Origin: an uncultured Candidatus Binatia bacterium
GTDB lineage: Bacteria; Desulfobacterota; Binatia; Bin18
NCBI GenBank assembly: GCA_965214605.1
Contig: CBDCCD010000005.1
Span: 1-20,974 of the forward strand
Direction: 5' to 3'
DNA: 20,974 bases
Shown here: one piece after another, positions 18,267 to 20,974 of the stretch
Numbering within the stretch: position 1 is the stretch's first letter
Layout of the letters: each line of letters opens with the position of its first letter
Notes under the pieces: generated by a model
Database searches by the model: none
What the model was told of the DNA's origin: nothing
The model's input: the letters and a program-made list of their open reading frames with translations, nothing else
Translations under genes and position numbers: made by a program

Positions 18267-19679
18267 GTGAAAGCGCAGATTTCAGCGGATTCACTTCATC
18301 GGCTAGTCAAACAGGCCATCGACAACGGGACCGCCGCTAGTCTCGCTGAGGCCAAGGCGCTATTTCGGGGCTATCGGCTGCGAGTGGAGACCGATCCCGC
18401 TGATGTCTCCGATCCAGTGCATCAGGCGGCATTGCTGACGACTGTCGCCCTCGGCCGTCGGGTATTTCTTGGTGGAGTCACGGTCACCGGACCGCTCGAC
18501 GCACCGCTAATGCTGGCGATGCCGCTGGGGCGCACGATGAGGGACGCGGTTCAGGCGCTGGGCGGCATACTTGGAGATGTTGCTGAGGAGATGCCGACGA
18601 TCGTGATCGGGGGCGGTCCACGGCAGCGGCGAGCAGGCTTTTGTGTACGCACCGCAGCGGCAGGATGGCGTGGTGGCATCTTACCGATCCATTCAGAGTT
18701 GCAGCCCGGCGGTGAATGCGCGATGCCGTTGAGCGGGATGCTTGCGGCTGGATTAGCCGTCAACGAGGCGTTTCTTTTTGTAAACGGCGGGATGCCCGTG
18801 GCTGGGCGACAGGCGTTAGGGCTCTCGTTGTGGTGCCCTGGTCGGGAGGCTGACTGGTTGCAGCCTGACGAAAATGAGCCGGTGCTAGCCTACCTGCCCT
18901 CGCGCCTGTGGCTGATCGGTCTGGGACATCTGGGTCAGGCATACCTATGGGGGCTTGGCTTGCTGCCTTATCGGGATCCTGCTGCCGTGGCGCTAGTCCT
19001 CCAGGATATCGACGTTATCACCGAATCGACAGAGAGCACCTCCATCCTCACCGACGCCGCCATGATCGGCCAAAGAAAGACACGGGCAATGGCGGCTTGG
19101 GCCGAGCGGCGCGGGTTCGCGACTTCTCTCCAAGAGCGGGTGTTCGACGCGGATTTCACGCGGCAGGCGGAGGAACCGGCGGTTGCGCTTTGCGGGCTTG
19201 ATAATGCAGCAGGTCGACGGGCGCTGGATCAAGTTGGCTTTGACCTGATCGTAGAAGCCGGTTTGGGACGCGGACACCGTGATTTCCGCACCATGCGCCT
19301 TCACGTCCTGCCGGGCCAGCGCCCCGCCGCAGACATCTGGAAGCAGACAAGCGAAGGAGAAAAGGCCGAGGACCGGCCCGCGTATGTCAAGCTCATGGAG
19401 GACGGTGTGTTAGATCAATGCGGTATGACACTGCTCGCCGGCAAGGCGGTCGGCGCGCCGTTCGTGGGCTCGATCGCAGCAACATTGGCGTTGTCGGAGG
19501 TGCTGCGGCTGCTGCACGACGGGGTGGTTTACCAGCTAATTGATCTCGACCTTCTCAGTCTCGATCAGCGCTTGGTCTCTCGGCATAGCAATGATTTTGC
19601 TAATCTTAACCCAGGATTCACGATGGCGAACGCGCGGGCTGAGGCAATAGCAGGTCGTACGGCAAAGGCCGTCAGTTAG
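18267..19679 (+). CDS. bilD: E1-like (ThiF family) activating enzyme
   Basis: GAGG RBS, GTG start. LIGLGHLG nucleotide-binding loop, LQDID, GQRKT, CGLDNAAGRR; candidate catalytic Cys385 in DQCG; N-terminal inactive-adenylation-like half. Confidence 0.88.
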   Translation: MKAQISADSLHRLVKQAIDNGTAASLAEAKALFRGYRLRVETDPADVSDPVHQAALLTTVALGRRVFLGGVTVTGPLDAPLMLAMPLGRTMRDAVQALGGILGDVAEEMPTIVIGGGPRQRRAGFCVRTAAAGWRGGILPIHSELQPGGECAMPLSGMLAAGLAVNEAFLFVNGGMPVAGRQALGLSLWCPGREADWLQPDENEPVLAYLPSRLWLIGLGHLGQAYLWGLGLLPYRDPAAVALVLQDIDVITESTESTSILTDAAMIGQRKTRAMAAWAERRGFATSLQERVFDADFTRQAEEPAVALCGLDNAAGRRALDQVGFDLIVEAGLGRGHRDFRTMRLHVLPGQRPAADIWKQTSEGEKAEDRPAYVKLMEDGVLDQCGMTLLAGKAVGAPFVGSIAATLALSEVLRLLHDGVVYQLIDLDLLSLDQRLVSRHSNDFANLNPGFTMANARAEAIAGRTAKAVS

Positions 19680-19953
19680 GGGGCAGGGAGCGAGTCTCGT
19701 ATAGTGGGGATGGTTTCCGGCCCGAACGGTGGATGGAAAGACCGGGGCGCCACGGCGCCGGAACTGTCCGGAGATTCGGCAGCGGAATCCGGTGATGCAG
19801 AGAAGCACGGTGTGCCTGCCAGTGCTTCCGCCGCCGAAGGCTCCACCCATCCTGGTAAGCTGGAAACCCTAGCTTGCGAGACGGACGAGGCCGAGGAGCG
19901 GGAAGCGGCCCCCGACCTTGACGAGCGCCCGGCCTGCGACTAGGTCTGGTCTG

Positions 19954-20485
19954 ATGGTCGCCTGATCGGCGCGGTGGCGAGCCCGTCCCAGGGTGCCAGC
20001 TACTATGGGAAGGACGGATCCGGGCGGCGGCTCAGGTGTCGGATCGGCGACGGTGAGATCCGCCACCGCCCCGGCCGCGACCTGACGTTTTCCGCGCCCA
20101 AGTCCGTATCCCTTGCGGCGCTCGTTGGCGGCGACGAACGCATTGTCGAGGCCTGTGATTGGGCGGTCGGGCGCGCGGCCGGCTGGTTCGAGAAGAAAGC
20201 CGCCGAGACCCGGGTACAGGACGGGACGACCGGCTGTATGGTCCGGGCCGGGGACCAGAAGACCGTGATCGCCGCCTTCCGGCACCCAGACCTCCGGGAA
20301 CCTCGACCCGGCGCTGCACCCCCATTCAGTGATCGCCACATGCTGCTCGGCGCCGATGCGAAGTGGCGGACGATGGCGAACGAGAGCCTTCGCGCCTCCA
20401 AGATGCTGCTGAACGCCATGTATCGGAGCGAGCTCGCGAGCGAGTTGGCGGAGCTCGGCTACGGCATTGAGAAGACCCATGCCGA
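19954..20485 (+). pseudogene. trwC: MobF/TrwC conjugative relaxase N-terminal remnant
   Basis: ATG 19954 then, after a frameshift, IGAVASPSQGASYYGKDG; HRPGRDLTFSAPKSVS; VIAAFRH; scrambled HUH region; KWRTMANE..MYRSELA..LGY. Internal deletion and no helicase domain. Confidence 0.85.
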
Positions 20486-20832
20486 AATGGCGTTGCTGGT
20501 CCTTGACGGATCGGAAGCGTTCGAGTTTTTGACGAGGTCCCGGAAGGGGTCTTTTGAGATTTCGAAACAAGCGGTTTTGGCGACGAGGTCGTCGCTGCGA
20601 TAGCAGTCCTTGGTCTGATCAAATCAAAAAAGTGGACAGGAAAAAGCAGATCGTTTGGCAGCCTTATTACTTCATGTCGAACGCGCGGCCAGGTTCATCA
20701 TATGGATATGGAGGGCACCCAGGACAGGATGCTATGGCAGTCAAAAAGAAGCTCCTAAAACTCTCTGCGGTTGAATGCCAGGAGGAGCTCTTGAGCTTCT
20801 CAATCCGTTTGACCTCACCCTAGGCGGCAGTC

Positions 20833-20973
20833 TTAGGAATCGACGAACTCACCCGCCACGAGCTTGAAGAGAGCCGTATAGCGGTTGTTGTGGGCTCTGA
20901 AAAACTCGCAACCTACGGCGTGGGCGTAGTCTTCTCCTTAGTAAAAGTCTTTGATGTTGCTGCTGACGTTGGC
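20833..20973 (-). pseudogene. Possible 3' tail of a gene entering from the right edge, with an in-frame stop
   Basis: Coding-like frame ANVSSNIKDFY*GEDYAHAVGCEFFRAHNNRYTALFKLVAGEFVDS*; no family recognised. Confidence 0.2.
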
Positions 20974-20974
20974 A

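Noticed and set aside
16804-19679. CBASS Cap2/Cap3 or ThiS/MoaD sulfur-transfer operon
   Set aside because: No CD-NTase or cofactor biosynthesis genes; separate E2 and E1 with a tandem Ubl match Bil gene order.

Overview
GC-rich, proteobacterial-looking accessory/defence island built on a decayed conjugative element. Its core is an intact 7-gene + strand cassette (11815-19679). The last four genes form a recognisable type I Bil (ISG15-like) anti-phage ubiquitin-like conjugation operon: Ubl, E2, JAB deubiquitinase, E1. In front sits a three-gene module: an ECF-like sigma factor, a putative anti-sigma/XRE-like protein, and an ImmA/IrrE metallopeptidase fused to a UvrD helicase and an apparently inactive Fe-S PD-(D/E)xK domain. 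The same bipartite motif, CTTTCCGGRTTCC-N10-GCGATYAA, starts exactly 92 nt before both the sigma start codon and the bilA start codon. This suggests a dedicated helicase-sensor / protease / anti-sigma / sigma cascade controlling Bil, a regulatory system I do not recognise as described (inference; needs database and experimental checks). Also present: an intact 1362-aa HigA-HTH/REase-like/degenerate NTPase fusion with its own sigma70 promoter and palindromic operator, a degenerate IS256 carrying an odd 37-bp repeat pair, and pseudogenes (AlbA_2/Schlafen protein, GIY-YIG nuclease, IS1380, FitA, TraD-like, TrwC relaxase). All family assignments are by eye from motifs; no searches were run.
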